Part shown: positions 10,874 through 21,581 of the stretch, piece by piece
Layout: every line of letters begins with the position of its first letter
Numbering within the stretch: the first letter of the stretch is position 1
From: an uncultured Clostridia bacterium
GTDB taxonomy: Bacteria > Bacillota > Clostridia > TANB77 > CAG-508
Length of the DNA: 64,000 nt
Direction of reading: 5' to 3'
NCBI GenBank assembly: GCA_934177725.1
Contig: CAKPPO010000006.1
Location: forward strand, 3,045 to 67,044
Notes under the pieces: model-generated
Told to the model about the DNA's origin: nothing
The model's input: the letters and a program-made list of their open reading frames with translations, nothing else
Database searches by the model: none
Made by a program: the position numbers and the translations under genes

Positions 10874-11935
10874 TTAAATAACTCCTTTTTTCACTTCAAA
10901 TAATTTAAATTCATTATTAATTTCTTCTATTTTATCTGTACAAGTAATAATAACTTGTTTGTTTTCTATATTTTCTAAAAAATTTCTTCTTCTTTTTTCA
11001 TCTAATTCTGACATAAAGTCATCTAACAATAAAATAGGATATTCCCCTATTTCATCATATATTACTTGCATTTCTGCTATTTTTAATGAAAGTATTACAG
11101 TTCTATTTTGTCCTTGTGAACCATATATATTAACTAACTCATTATTAATATATATCATAAAATCGTCACGATGTACACCCTTTGTTGTAAAACCTTTTAT
11201 AATATCTAATTTTCTTCTTTCTTTTAATAATTTTAAATATTCTTCTTTATTTTTGCAATTAGATTCATATTCAATTTCTAAATTTTCTTTATTTTCTGTA
11301 ATATCTTTATGAATATTATTTATTTTTTCTTTTATTTTTTCTATAAATTCATTTCTATATAAAAATATTTTTTCACCATATTCTGCTAGCTTTTCATCCC
11401 ATATTTCTAACATTTCTTCTGGTTTATTTTCTACTTTTATTTGTTTTAAATAATTATTTCTTTGTTCTAAAGTTTTATTATATAAATTTAATATATGTAC
11501 ATAATTTGGTCTTAATTGTCCTATCATTATATCTAAAAATCTTCTTCTTTTTTGTGGACCTTCTTTTAAAATTTGTATATCATCTGGTGTAAAAATAACA
11601 ATATTTATTTTTCCTAATAATTCACTTAATTTTTTTATTTTGATACCATTAACATATATATTTTTTTTGTTTTCTATATCTATTTTTATTGTTCCTTCTC
11701 TGTCTACTTTTTTATATTCTATATAAACAGATGCATTTTCTTTATTAAACTTTATCATTTCTTTATCTTTTGTTGTTCTAAAAGATTTTCCTATAGCACA
11801 TAAAAATATAGATTCTATTATGTTTGTTTTGCCTTGCGCATTATCTCCATAAAAAATATTTATATTAGGATTTAATAAAATTTCTTGTTCTTCATAATTT
11901 CTAAAATTTAATAATTTTATTTTATTAATATACAT
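10874..11935 (-). CDS. recF: DNA replication and repair protein RecF
   Basis: Walker A GDNAQGKTN, an SMC-like signature, a C-terminal LLLDDFMSELD Walker B, and the conserved synteny. Confidence 0.9.
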   Translation of the reverse strand: MYINKIKLLNFRNYEEQEILLNPNINIFYGDNAQGKTNIIESIFLCAIGKSFRTTKDKEMIKFNKENASVYIEYKKVDREGTIKIDIENKKNIYVNGIKIKKLSELLGKINIVIFTPDDIQILKEGPQKRRRFLDIMIGQLRPNYVHILNLYNKTLEQRNNYLKQIKVENKPEEMLEIWDEKLAEYGEKIFLYRNEFIEKIKEKINNIHKDITENKENLEIEYESNCKNKEEYLKLLKERRKLDIIKGFTTKGVHRDDFMIYINNELVNIYGSQGQNRTVILSLKIAEMQVIYDEIGEYPILLLDDFMSELDEKRRRNFLENIENKQVIITCTDKIEEINNEFKLFEVKKGVI

Positions 11936-11979
11936 ATATATTAGAGATTAGATGTTGGAAATTATAAATTTTATATTTA

Positions 11980-11988
11980 TTATCCACA
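11980..11988 (+). promoter_or_regulatory. Isolated perfect DnaA box TTATCCACA in the recF-dnaN spacer
   Basis: Exact consensus 9-mer read directly from the sequence. Confidence 0.5.
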
Positions 11989-12056
11989 TTTTATTAATGA
12001 ATTGTGTATAACTTTTTTTCTAATTTCCAATTTCCAACTTTTAACCTCCCTTCTTA

Positions 12057-13172
12057 TTAATCTTTTAATCTAATTGGTAATATCATATAAATATAATCAC
12101 CATCATCAACTGGTCTTATTATACAAGGAGAAATACTTGTACCAAAATCTACAAAAATTTCTTCATCATCTATTGCACGAAGTGCATCTAAGAAATATTT
12201 AGGATTAAATCCTGCTTCTAAGTTTTGACCTTCTGTAGAAACATACATTTCTTCTTTAGCATCACCTGTTTGATTTGTACAAGAAATTGTAACTTTTCCT
12301 ATATCTACAGAAACCTTAACTGGGTATTTTTTTTCTTTCTCTATACTAGATGCTGAAATTAAACTAATTCTTTCAAAACAATTTTGAATTATATTTTTAT
12401 TTACTCTTACTCTTGTTTCCCAATTTTCAGGAATAACACTTGAATAATTTAAAAATTCTCCATCTAACAATCTAGTTACTAATTTACAATTTTCCATTTC
12501 AAATAGTGCTTGATTTTTAGCAACTCCTATTTTTATATTATCAAATGAATCTAATATAATTTTATTAACTTCATTTAAAGTTCTACCAGGAATAACTGCT
12601 GTAAAATCATTACTACTATTTTGTAGAAATTTAGATTTCCATGCTAATCTAAATCCATCTACTGCAACTACATTTAATTTATTATTTTTTATTTCGAATA
12701 AACATCCTGTAAAAATAGGTCTATTTTCTTCTGTACTTACAGCAAATATTGTTTTTCTTATCATTTCTTTTAAAACATTTTGTTCTATTTCTATAGAATT
12801 TTCTACATTAATTTGTGGAAGTTCTGGAAATTCTTCTGGATTCATAGTAGCTAATTTATATAATGAACCTTCACATTCTATTACTAATAAATTTTTTTCA
12901 TTTAATGAAATATTAATTTCTGTATCTGGTAATTTTCTTATTATTTCACTAAACATTATAGCATTAACTACTGTAGCACCTTGTTCTCTAACATCTGCAT
13001 CTATAATGTATTCTATTCCTATTTCTAAATCGTATGTTGTTAATTTAACTTCTTTATCATTTGTTTGAATTAATATACCTTCCAATATAGGCATTGTTGT
13101 TTTTGAAGCAACCGCTTTTGTTACGGAATTAATAGCTTTCAAGATTTTTTCTTTTTCGCAAACAATTTTCAT
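12057..13172 (-). CDS. dnaN: DNA polymerase III beta sliding clamp
   Basis: 371 aa; three-domain beta clamp immediately downstream of dnaA. Confidence 0.95.
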   Translation of the reverse strand: MKIVCEKEKILKAINSVTKAVASKTTMPILEGILIQTNDKEVKLTTYDLEIGIEYIIDADVREQGATVVNAIMFSEIIRKLPDTEINISLNEKNLLVIECEGSLYKLATMNPEEFPELPQINVENSIEIEQNVLKEMIRKTIFAVSTEENRPIFTGCLFEIKNNKLNVVAVDGFRLAWKSKFLQNSSNDFTAVIPGRTLNEVNKIILDSFDNIKIGVAKNQALFEMENCKLVTRLLDGEFLNYSSVIPENWETRVRVNKNIIQNCFERISLISASSIEKEKKYPVKVSVDIGKVTISCTNQTGDAKEEMYVSTEGQNLEAGFNPKYFLDALRAIDDEEIFVDFGTSISPCIIRPVDDGDYIYMILPIRLKD

Positions 13173-13209
13173 TTTTCATCAAACTCCTTTATAATATAAT
13201 AAATAATTT

Positions 13210-13400
13210 TAGTAGTAGTAGTAATAGGTGCTGTGGATTCTGTGGAAAACTATGTGAATTGTTTATTTCCCTTATGTTTTTGATGTTGATAATATAGTGG
13301 ATAAATATAAAAGTTATAAACAATTAAAATTTTAAGTTGTGAATAATTAAGTTATAAACAACTTGTCTACACTAAATTCACAATAGGCTGTGGATATCAA
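13210..13400. other. oriC-type DnaA-box cluster and AT-rich unwinding region between dnaA and dnaN
   Basis: TGTGGATTC (13233), TGTGGAAAA (13241), TGTGAATTG (13254), aGTGGATAA (13296), TGTGAATAA (13338), TGTGGATAT (13389). An (AGT)n microsatellite sits at 13210-13228. An AT-rich tract spans 13300-13380. Confidence 0.7.
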
Positions 13401-13499
13401 ATCAAGCTGTTCCGTAAGAAGAATTTGCTTAATTGTTTCCAAACAATCATTTTTCCAAACACCTTTTTTAAAAAATATAAATTTTTATTTATATTTAAA

Positions 13500-14850
13500 C
13501 TATTGGTCCGCTAGTAAAATGTTTTTAACACTTTCCACAATTAATTTTGTGTTCTTATTTTCTTTTATTTCTTTATCTATTTTGTTACAAGCATGCATTA
13601 CTGTTGTATGATCTCTATTTCCAAAGTCTCTACCTATTTGTGGCAAAGAAATTTGAGGTACTGTTCTACAAAGATACATAGCAATTTGTCTTGGAAATAC
13701 TACATCATTTGAACGTTTTGCACCAACTAAATCTTTTGGATCTATATTAAAGTATTTAGCTACAGTTTCTTGTATAAAACTTGAAGAAATAACTTTATCT
13801 TTTGATGAAACTATTTCATTAATAGCCCACTCTGACATTTCCATAGTAATAGGACTATTTATTAATGAAGCTCTAGCTATTAATTTATTTAAGGCACCCT
13901 CTAATTCCCTAATGTTTGTGTCTATTCTATTAGCAATATTAGCAAGAATTTCGTCATCTATTATAATATTGTCTAATTGTGCTTTCTTTCTTAAAATAGC
14001 TAAACGAGTTTCATAATCAGCATTTGAAATATCAGCAATAAGACCCCATTCAAATCTTGATTTTAACCTATCTTCTAATAGATTAATATCTTTTGGAGGT
14101 CTATCACTAGATATAATAACTTGTTTTCCGTTTTCATGAAGAGTATTAAAAGTGTGAAAAAACTCTTCTTGAACCCTCTCTTTTCCCGCAATAAATTGGA
14201 TGTCATCTATAAGAAGGACATCTATATTACGATATTTAGCACGAAATTGCTCATTTTTATTATCTTTTATAGCATTAATAAGTTGGTTAGTGAAATTTTC
14301 AGAAGTAACATATAAAATATTTGCATTTCTATTATTTCTTAATATTTCATTACCAATTGCATGCATTAAGTGAGTTTTGCCTAAACCTACTCCTCCGTAA
14401 ATAAATAAAGGATTATAAGAGGTTGCAGGTGCTTCAGCAACAGCTAAAGAGGCAGCATGAGCAAAACGGTTATTATTTCCTACAACAAAACTATCAAAAG
14501 TATATTTTGGATTTAATGTAGGATTTAAAGAACCGATAATTTATATTTTCGCTTTTATTATTTGGTTGTTTTTGTAACTCTTCTTTTGAAAGGATAGAAA
14601 CACTACATTCTTTATTAGTTAAATAATTAAATGTATTAACTAAAAGTGAATGATATCTAGCATCAACAGAATCTTTATTAAAGACATTAGAAACAAGTAA
14701 AGTAATATTTCCATTTTCCATACTTTGAATTTCTATTTCTTTAATCCATGTATCATATGAAATTTGAGTCATTTCCTCTTTTAAGAGTTCTTTTGCTTTT
14801 GTAAGAAGTTCATCTAATTCTTTTTGTTGCATTTTTTTCAGTCCTTCCAA
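13500..14850 (-). CDS. dnaA: Chromosomal replication initiator DnaA, interrupted by an apparent frameshift near 14525-14543
   Basis: The N-terminal ORF (14494..14850) has DnaA domain I ([10 protein letters not shown]). The C-terminal ORF (13500..14366) starts mid-Walker A at MHAIGNEI. Translating upstream in that frame recovers [50 protein letters not shown] up to a TAA at 14541-14543. The two frames overlap over 14494-14543. Confidence 0.85.
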
Positions 14851-14994
14851 AAATATAAAATTTTCTTAGGAAAATGAATTATATTTTTAAATTATTACAT
14901 TAAAACTCCTTTTTCCCTATTGTTTCCTTATCATATCAAAAATCAAGTTAAATAGTCAATACAAATAAAAAAAATAATTAAATTTAAATCAAAG

Positions 14995-15023
14995 TATTGA
15001 CATAATAGGCAGTTTAATATATA
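14995..15023 (+). promoter_or_regulatory. Sigma-A promoter for rpmH
   Basis: TTGACA, a 17-nt spacer, then TATAAT. Confidence 0.5.
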
Positions 15024-15091
15024 ATTATAAAGCTTATTGAAAAAAGAAAAAATCCGTTATCGGTTTAAATAAATACAGGAGGTGCTAAAAA

Positions 15092-15226
15092 ATGAAAAGA
15101 ACATTTCAACCTAAAAAAAGACAAGAACAAAAAGAACATGGTTTCATGAAAAGAATGAAAACTAGATCAGGAAGAAACGTATTAAAAGCAAGACGTGCAA
15201 AAGGAAGAAAAAAAATAAGTGCTTAA
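15092..15226 (+). CDS. rpmH: 50S ribosomal protein L34
   Basis: 44-aa [47 protein letters not shown], with RBS AGGAGG 8 nt upstream. Below the ORF-track length cutoff. Confidence 0.9.
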   Translation: MKRTFQPKKRQEQKEHGFMKRMKTRSGRNVLKARRAKGRKKISA

Positions 15227-15311
15227 ATAGAAGGCCACGTAATAAAAAATGTGGTCTTTTTTGCAATTTTACTTTTTTTATTGTAATTCTTTTATATAAA
15301 GGAGTAGTAAA

Positions 15312-15650
15312 ATGCGAAAGATCGATACATTAAAGAAAAATTATGAATTTAAAAATGTATTAGATAAAGGTAAATTTTATCGTGGTAAATATATAACAAT
15401 ATACATTTCAAAAAATAAAAAAGAAAAAAATGTAATAGGTATAGCAGTAAGCAAAAAAGTAGGGAAGGCTGTTAAAAGAAACAGAATAAAACGTTTAATT
15501 AGAGAAAGCTACTATTTAAAAAGAAATCAATTAGAAAAAGGATATAATATAGTATTTTTATGGAATAGAAATACCTTTATAGATTGCAAATGTGAGCAAA
15601 TACAAGAAGATATGTATATTCAGCTAAAAAAGGCAGGATTACTTAAATGA
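15312..15650 (+). CDS. rnpA: RNase P protein component
   Basis: 112-aa basic protein directly after rpmH. Contains the RNR motif-like KRNRIKRLIRE. Confidence 0.85.
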   Translation: MRKIDTLKKNYEFKNVLDKGKFYRGKYITIYISKNKKEKNVIGIAVSKKVGKAVKRNRIKRLIRESYYLKRNQLEKGYNIVFLWNRNTFIDCKCEQIQEDMYIQLKKAGLLK

Positions 15651-15865
15651 AAAAAATTGGAATTATATTAATAAATTTTTATCAAAAATATATTTCAAAA
15701 ATATTTCATTTTAAAGGTGTAAATTGCAAATATTATCCTACTTGTTCAGAATATACAAAGCAAGCAATAAAAAAATATGGTTTTATAAAAGGATTTTTTT
15801 TAGGATTCAAAAGGATTATAAAATGTAATCCTTTTAGTAAAGGTGGATATGATCCTTTAAAGTAA
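15647..15865 (+). CDS. yidD: Membrane protein insertion efficiency factor YidD
   Basis: 72 aa; YYPTCSEY motif; overlaps the rnpA stop by 4 nt. Confidence 0.8.
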   Translation: MKKIGIILINFYQKYISKIFHFKGVNCKYYPTCSEYTKQAIKKYGFIKGFFLGFKRIIKCNPFSKGGYDPLK

Positions 15866-15890
15866 AAAAGAAAGAAGAGGAATTTAAAAA

Positions 15891-16826
15891 TTGGGAGCAA
15901 TATCAAGTGTTTTTGGATATGTATTAAACTTTTTTTATGAATTATTAAATAATTATGGTTTAGCTATTTTAATATTTTCAGTGTTGTTAAGATTAATATT
16001 AATACCTATAACTATAAAACAACAAAAATCAATGAAGAAATCAGCAGAAGTACAAGAAAAAATGAAGGATATTCAAGCTAAATATAAAAATAATCCTGAA
16101 AAATTAAATCAAGAAACAATTAATTTATATAAAACAGAAAAAATGAGTCCATTTAGTGGATGTTTAACAGGAATTCTACAAATAGTAATTATTCTTTCAG
16201 TGTTTTGGCTTGTAAGTCAACCACTTACATATATGAAAAATTTAAATAATACAGAAATATATAAAGAATATAAAGAAAAAGTAGATCAAGATTCAGGAAT
16301 AAGATACAAAGAAATAGGAATTATAGATTTAGCAGAATCAGAATATAAAGATATAGAAAATCAATTACAACAAGAAAATGTAGAAAATAGGGAAGAACTA
16401 GAAAAAAGAAAAGAAGAAGTAAACAAACTAAGAATAAATATGCAATTTTTAGGATTAGATTTAAGTAAAGTACCTATGCAAAGCTTAAATGATTGGAGAG
16501 TATATATTATTCCAGTTCTATATATTATAACATCTTTTGTTTCTATAAAAATAACAATGAATGCTCAAAAGAAAGAAAAAGCAAATAAAAATAAAGATGT
16601 AATAGTTCAAAACGAAGAAAAAACTAAAGAAGATGAACTTACAGAAAGTATGGGACAAATGAATAATACAATGTTATATATGACACCAATAATGTCTATA
16701 TCTATTGCAGCTATTGCACCACTTGGACTTGCTTTATACTGGCTTGTAAGTAATATTTTAATGATATTTGAAAGATTAATTATAAATAAAATTATGAGCT
16801 CTAAGGAGGAAAAGGATAATGAGTAA
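15891..16826 (+). CDS. yidC: YidC/Oxa1 family membrane insertase (SpoIIIJ-like)
   Basis: TTG start with RBS AAGAGGAA. Several TM helices, and the conserved C-terminal segment LYWLVSNILMIFERLII. Confidence 0.85.
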   Translation: MGAISSVFGYVLNFFYELLNNYGLAILIFSVLLRLILIPITIKQQKSMKKSAEVQEKMKDIQAKYKNNPEKLNQETINLYKTEKMSPFSGCLTGILQIVIILSVFWLVSQPLTYMKNLNNTEIYKEYKEKVDQDSGIRYKEIGIIDLAESEYKDIENQLQQENVENREELEKRKEEVNKLRINMQFLGLDLSKVPMQSLNDWRVYIIPVLYIITSFVSIKITMNAQKKEKANKNKDVIVQNEEKTKEDELTESMGQMNNTMLYMTPIMSISIAAIAPLGLALYWLVSNILMIFERLIINKIMSSKEEKDNE

Positions 16827-17526
16827 TTCTATTATTGCAGAAGGAAGAACAACAAATGAAGCTGTTGAAAATGGATTAAAAGAATTAAAAGTATCTAAAG
16901 ATAGAGTAGATATAAAAGTATTAGAAAATGAAAACAAAAAAAGTTTTTTTAGTATATTAACACCAAGAGTAGTAAAAGTTCAACTTACAATAAAAGAAAA
17001 TTCAAATAAAGAAGAAAAAAAAGAAGTAAAAGAAGAAAAGCCAAAAAGAGAATATGATCATAATGAAGAAGATATATCTATAGCTAAAGAAAGAGTAGAA
17101 GAATTTTTAAAAGAATGCTTACAAAAAGTTGATAATACATTAGAATATACAATTAAAGAAGAAGATTATACTATATATGTAGATATAAACGGAAACGCAG
17201 CAGGAACTTTAATAGGTTATAGAGGTGAAACATTAAATTCTATGCAAACTATATTATCTACAATTGCAAATAGAGGTTTTAATAGCAAAATCAGATTAAT
17301 ATTAGACATAGAAAATTATCGTCAAAAAAGAGAAAAAACATTAGAAGAATTAGCAGAAAAAGTTTCTAAAACTGTATTAAAAACAGGAAAGTCAATTACA
17401 TTAGAGCCAATGTCAGCATATGAAAGGAAAATAATACATAGCAAATTACAAGACAGTAATAAAATAGAAACGCATAGCATTGGAGAAGGAGATAACAGAA
17501 GAGTTGTTATTTCTAAAATAAGATAA
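16819..17526 (+). CDS. jag: Jag/KhpB-like RNA-binding protein (KH and R3H domains)
   Basis: A C-terminal R3H region (SMSAYERKIIHSKLQ) and the conserved position after yidC. Confidence 0.8.
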   Translation: MSNSIIAEGRTTNEAVENGLKELKVSKDRVDIKVLENENKKSFFSILTPRVVKVQLTIKENSNKEEKKEVKEEKPKREYDHNEEDISIAKERVEEFLKECLQKVDNTLEYTIKEEDYTIYVDINGNAAGTLIGYRGETLNSMQTILSTIANRGFNSKIRLILDIENYRQKREKTLEELAEKVSKTVLKTGKSITLEPMSAYERKIIHSKLQDSNKIETHSIGEGDNRRVVISKIR

Positions 17527-17611
17527 TTTAATATAAAAAATCCGAAGTCAAAGTGAAGATTTTAATTTAAGTATATTTTTATATATTTATATTAATCTAT
17601 AACTTTGGCTT

Positions 17612-17713
17612 TTTTTATATTCTAGGAAAGTTGATAATTTTCTGTAGAATATAAATATGACAGAAATTAGATTTTGTAGCAGTTTGCACTGCGTACAAAA
17701 TCTTGATTCTGTG
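17612..17713 (+). repeat. Copy A of a ~100-nt structured intergenic repeat
   Basis: About 90 percent identical to 62952-63066. The shared core is gacagaaattaGATTTTGTAgcagtttgcactgcgTACAAAATCt plus a ggaaagtt...aactttc palindrome. Confidence 0.6.
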
Positions 17714-17748
17714 GTTAAATAAATATAAAAATATATAAGGAGGAAAAG

Positions 17749-19131
17749 ATGGAAACAATAGCAGCAATATCTACGGCTATAGGTAATGGCGGAATTGGAA
17801 TTATTCGTATGAGTGGTAAAGAATCCTTTAAAATATTAGAAAAAATATTTAAAAATAGTAAAGGAGAAAAATTAGATTTAAATAAAATAAAAGGTTACAC
17901 CATACAATATGGAACAATTGTAGATTCAAAAACAAATGAAAAAATAGATGAAGTATTAGTTTCTTTTTTTAAAAATCCTAAAAGCTATACAAGAGAGGAT
18001 ATGTGTGAAATAAACTCTCATGGGGGAATGATTATAGAAAAGCAAATATTAGAGCAATGTTTGAAAAATGGAGCTATATTAGCTGAACCTGGGGAATTTA
18101 CTAAAAGAGCATTTTTAAATGGAAGAATAGATTTATCACAAGCAGAATCAATTATGGATTTAATAAATAGTAAAACTGAAAAAGAATTAAAAGCATCTAT
18201 AAATCAATTACAAGGAGAGTTATCTAATAAAATAAATGAAATACGACATGATTTACTAGATATAATGGCAGATATAGAAGCTTCTATAGATTATCCAGAA
18301 TATGATATAGAAGAAGTTACAAATAGCAAAGCATTAGGTATTTTGAATAATACAAAAGATAAATTAGAAAGTTTAAAAGATACATTTAGGAGTGGAAAAA
18401 TATTAAAAGAGGGAATAAAAACAGCAATTATAGGTAGACCAAATGCAGGAAAATCCTCTCTATTAAATAAAATATTAAAAGAGGAAAGAGCTATAGTGAG
18501 CGAAATAGAAGGTACTACAAGAGATACAATAGAAGAATTTATAACAATAAAAGGAATACCTTTAAAAATAATAGATACTGCAGGAATAAGAAAAACTTCA
18601 GATAAAATAGAAAAAATAGGAGTAAAAAAAGCACTAGATATAGCTAAAGATGCAGAATTAGTATTAGTTATATTAGATAATTCAAAAGATTTAACTGAAG
18701 AAGATAGAGAAATTTTGAAATTAGCAGAAAGTAAAAATTCAATTATATTATTAAATAAAGTAGATTTAAAAGAAAATAATTTGGAAAAAAGTGAAGAATT
18801 AAAAAAATTAAATAAAAGAATAATAAAAATATCTGCTAAAAATGGAAATGGAATAGAAGAGTTGTATAATGAAATTGAAAATATGTTCCAAATTAAAAAT
18901 TTAGAAACAGATGGAGAAATAATTATTACTAATATAAGGCATAAAAATCAAATTGAATATGCAATTAATAATATTAATGAAGCAATAAATGCAGTAAAAA
19001 ATAATTTGCCAATTGATATAATTTCTATTTCAATAAAACAAACTTTAGAAGATTTAGGAAAAATAACAGGGGAAAATGTATCAGAAGATATTATAAATGA
19101 AATATTCTCAAAATTTTGCTTAGGAAAATAA
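17749..19131 (+). CDS. mnmE: tRNA modification GTPase MnmE
   Basis: G-domain motifs GRPNAGKSSLLN and DTAG. A C-terminal CxGK (FCLGK). Confidence 0.95.
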   Translation: METIAAISTAIGNGGIGIIRMSGKESFKILEKIFKNSKGEKLDLNKIKGYTIQYGTIVDSKTNEKIDEVLVSFFKNPKSYTREDMCEINSHGGMIIEKQILEQCLKNGAILAEPGEFTKRAFLNGRIDLSQAESIMDLINSKTEKELKASINQLQGELSNKINEIRHDLLDIMADIEASIDYPEYDIEEVTNSKALGILNNTKDKLESLKDTFRSGKILKEGIKTAIIGRPNAGKSSLLNKILKEERAIVSEIEGTTRDTIEEFITIKGIPLKIIDTAGIRKTSDKIEKIGVKKALDIAKDAELVLVILDNSKDLTEEDREILKLAESKNSIILLNKVDLKENNLEKSEELKKLNKRIIKISAKNGNGIEELYNEIENMFQIKNLETDGEIIITNIRHKNQIEYAINNINEAINAVKNNLPIDIISISIKQTLEDLGKITGENVSEDIINEIFSKFCLGK

Positions 19132-19519
19132 AAAAACGCACGAGAATAGAAAATAAAAAGAAAAGAATGACAAGACAAGTAATTTTATATTGCAAATATA
19201 AAAGAAGCTTAAAATCGATTTTGAAAATAATTTTTTTAAAATACAACAATAAACATATGGGTAAAATATTAATAGCAAAATTAACCTATATATACTAAAA
19301 AATATCTTCTGAAACCTTAGAACAGTAAGGGTTACAAAAGATAAAAGAGAACACCGACAAAATTTGACAATAAGTCAAAAAGACAAACAACAAGACAATA
19401 ATATTAGTATATAAAGAAATAAAAAAATATGTTGTCAAAATAACAATAGAACAAAAATTCAAGTTTCATAAAAAACGAGTAAAAATGTTTCACAAAAAAA
19501 TATTAGATGATTATAATTA

Positions 19520-19638
19520 CCAAAAGGGACAGATTAACCTTTGGGGACGTTTCCTTTTGGAGTAGTATAAAAAATGAAACAGAAGGGACAAATGACGCAT
19601 TTAGAAACGTCCCTTTTGCGTCACGAAAGGAGTAAAAG
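19520..19638 (+). promoter_or_regulatory. Structured leader or putative attenuator upstream of mnmG
   Basis: A promoter-like TTCACA-17-gaTTATAAT is at 19487-19517. The leader contains GGGGACGTTTCC and GAAACGTCCC, and AAGGGAC...GTCCCTT followed by TTTTG. These are competing hairpins, one of them terminator-like. Confidence 0.3.
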
Positions 19639-21519
19639 ATGAAATATAATGCAGGAAAATATGATATAGCAGTAATTGGAGCAGGACATGCAGGTTGCGA
19701 AGCAGCACTAGCTTGTGCAAGAATGGGTATGAAGACATTAATGTTTTCTATTAGCCTGGAGGCTGTTGCAAATATGCCTTGTAACCCACATATAGGAGGA
19801 AGTTCCAAAGGACATTTAGTAAGAGAGATAGATTGCCTTGGGGGAGAAATGGGGAAAAACATCGACAAAACTTACACTCAATTGCGTATGTTAAACACCT
19901 CTAAAGGACCAGCAGTTTATTCTTTAAGAGCACAGGCTGATAGAAAAAGATATCAAGAAGAAATGAAGCATACATTAGAAAAACAAGAAAATTTATATAT
20001 TAAACAAGCTGAAATAGTAGATTTTACAGTAGAAAATGGAAAAGTAAAGTCTATAGAAACAAATATTGGTGCAATATATGATGTAGATTGTATCATTGTA
20101 GCAACAGGTACATATTTAAAAGGAAAAATATTCATAGGAGAAGTTTCTTTTGAAAGTGGACCAGATGGAGTATTCCCAGCAAATAAATTATCAGAGGCTT
20201 TAAAAAGAGAAGGAGTAGATTTAGTTAGATTTAAAACAGGTACTCCTGCAAGAATAAACAAAAATAGTATAGATTTTTCAAAAATGGAAATACAAGAAGG
20301 AGACAAGCATCCAGAGGCATTTTCTTTTGAAGATAAAATAGATGATAGTGTAGAGCAATTACCATGTTATTTAACATATACAAATGCAAAAACTCATGAG
20401 ATAATACGTAAAAATTTACATCGTTCACCTTTATATGGTGGAGAGATTGTGGGAACAGGACCTAGATATTGCCCATCTATAGAAGATAAAGTAGTTCGTT
20501 TTGCAGATAAAGAAAGACATCAAATATTTGTAGAACCAATAGGGAGAAATACAGACGAAATGTATATTCAAGGAATGAGTTCATCTCTTCCAGAAGATGT
20601 GCAAATAGCAATGTATAGAACTCTTCCAGGGCTAGAACATGCAGAGTTTACAAGACCTGCATATGCAATAGAATATGATTGTATTAATCCTGCAGATTTA
20701 AAATTATCTTTAGAATATAAGAAAATAGATGGATTATTCTTTGCAGGGCAAACAAACGGAACATCAGGATATGAAGAAGCAGCTTGCCAAGGATTAATGG
20801 CAGGAATAAATGCAAGTTTAAAATTAAAAGGAAAAGATCCAGTAATATTAGATAGAACTCAGGGATATATAGGTGTTTTAATTGATGATATTGTAACAAA
20901 AGGAACAAATGAACCATATAGAATGATGACATCTCGTGCTGAATATAGACTTTTATTAAGACAAGATAACGCAGATTTAAGATTGCTAGAAATAGGTTAT
21001 AAAGTAGGTCTTGTATCTGAAGAAAGATATCAAAAGTTTTTAAAGAAAAAGAAGAGTATTGAAGATGAAATTGCAAGGGTAAGAGCTACAATTATAAGAC
21101 CAACTAAAGAAGTAAATGAATTTTTGAAAAAATATAATTCTTCAGAACTTACTACAGGAGCAAGTTTAGCAGATTTAGTAAAAAGAACAGAATTAACTTA
21201 TGAAGGATTAAAAGAAATAGATCCTAATAGACCAGAATTAGCAGAACAAGTAGAAAAAGAAGTTGGAATAGAGCTAAAATATGAGGGATATATTAAATTA
21301 CAAGCAGAACAAGTAGAAAAATTTAAAAAATTAGAGCAAAAGTTATTACCAGAAGATATAAATTATGAAGATATTAAAGGTTTAAGACTAGAAGCTAGAC
21401 AAAAATTGAATAAAATAAGACCAAATTTTGTAGGACAAGCATCTAGAATTTCAGGGGTATCTCCTGCAGATATATCTGTACTTCTAATTTATTTAGAAAC
21501 TTATAATAAAATAAAATGA
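19639..21519 (+). CDS. mnmG: tRNA uridine 5-carboxymethylaminomethyl modification enzyme MnmG (GidA)
   Basis: 626 aa with an FAD-binding [11 protein letters not shown]-terminus. Confidence 0.95.
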   Translation: MKYNAGKYDIAVIGAGHAGCEAALACARMGMKTLMFSISLEAVANMPCNPHIGGSSKGHLVREIDCLGGEMGKNIDKTYTQLRMLNTSKGPAVYSLRAQADRKRYQEEMKHTLEKQENLYIKQAEIVDFTVENGKVKSIETNIGAIYDVDCIIVATGTYLKGKIFIGEVSFESGPDGVFPANKLSEALKREGVDLVRFKTGTPARINKNSIDFSKMEIQEGDKHPEAFSFEDKIDDSVEQLPCYLTYTNAKTHEIIRKNLHRSPLYGGEIVGTGPRYCPSIEDKVVRFADKERHQIFVEPIGRNTDEMYIQGMSSSLPEDVQIAMYRTLPGLEHAEFTRPAYAIEYDCINPADLKLSLEYKKIDGLFFAGQTNGTSGYEEAACQGLMAGINASLKLKGKDPVILDRTQGYIGVLIDDIVTKGTNEPYRMMTSRAEYRLLLRQDNADLRLLEIGYKVGLVSEERYQKFLKKKKSIEDEIARVRATIIRPTKEVNEFLKKYNSSELTTGASLADLVKRTELTYEGLKEIDPNRPELAEQVEKEVGIELKYEGYIKLQAEQVEKFKKLEQKLLPEDINYEDIKGLRLEARQKLNKIRPNFVGQASRISGVSPADISVLLIYLETYNKIK

Positions 21520-21581
21520 TCTTAAAAGGCCTATTTTAAGCATATATAAGCTTTAAAAACTTACATATATAAGGAGGAAAT

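Noticed and set aside
19116-19298. 60-aa K/R-rich ORF after mnmE
   Set aside because: It overlaps the mnmE stop, has no RBS, and the low-complexity basic translation comes from an A-rich spacer.
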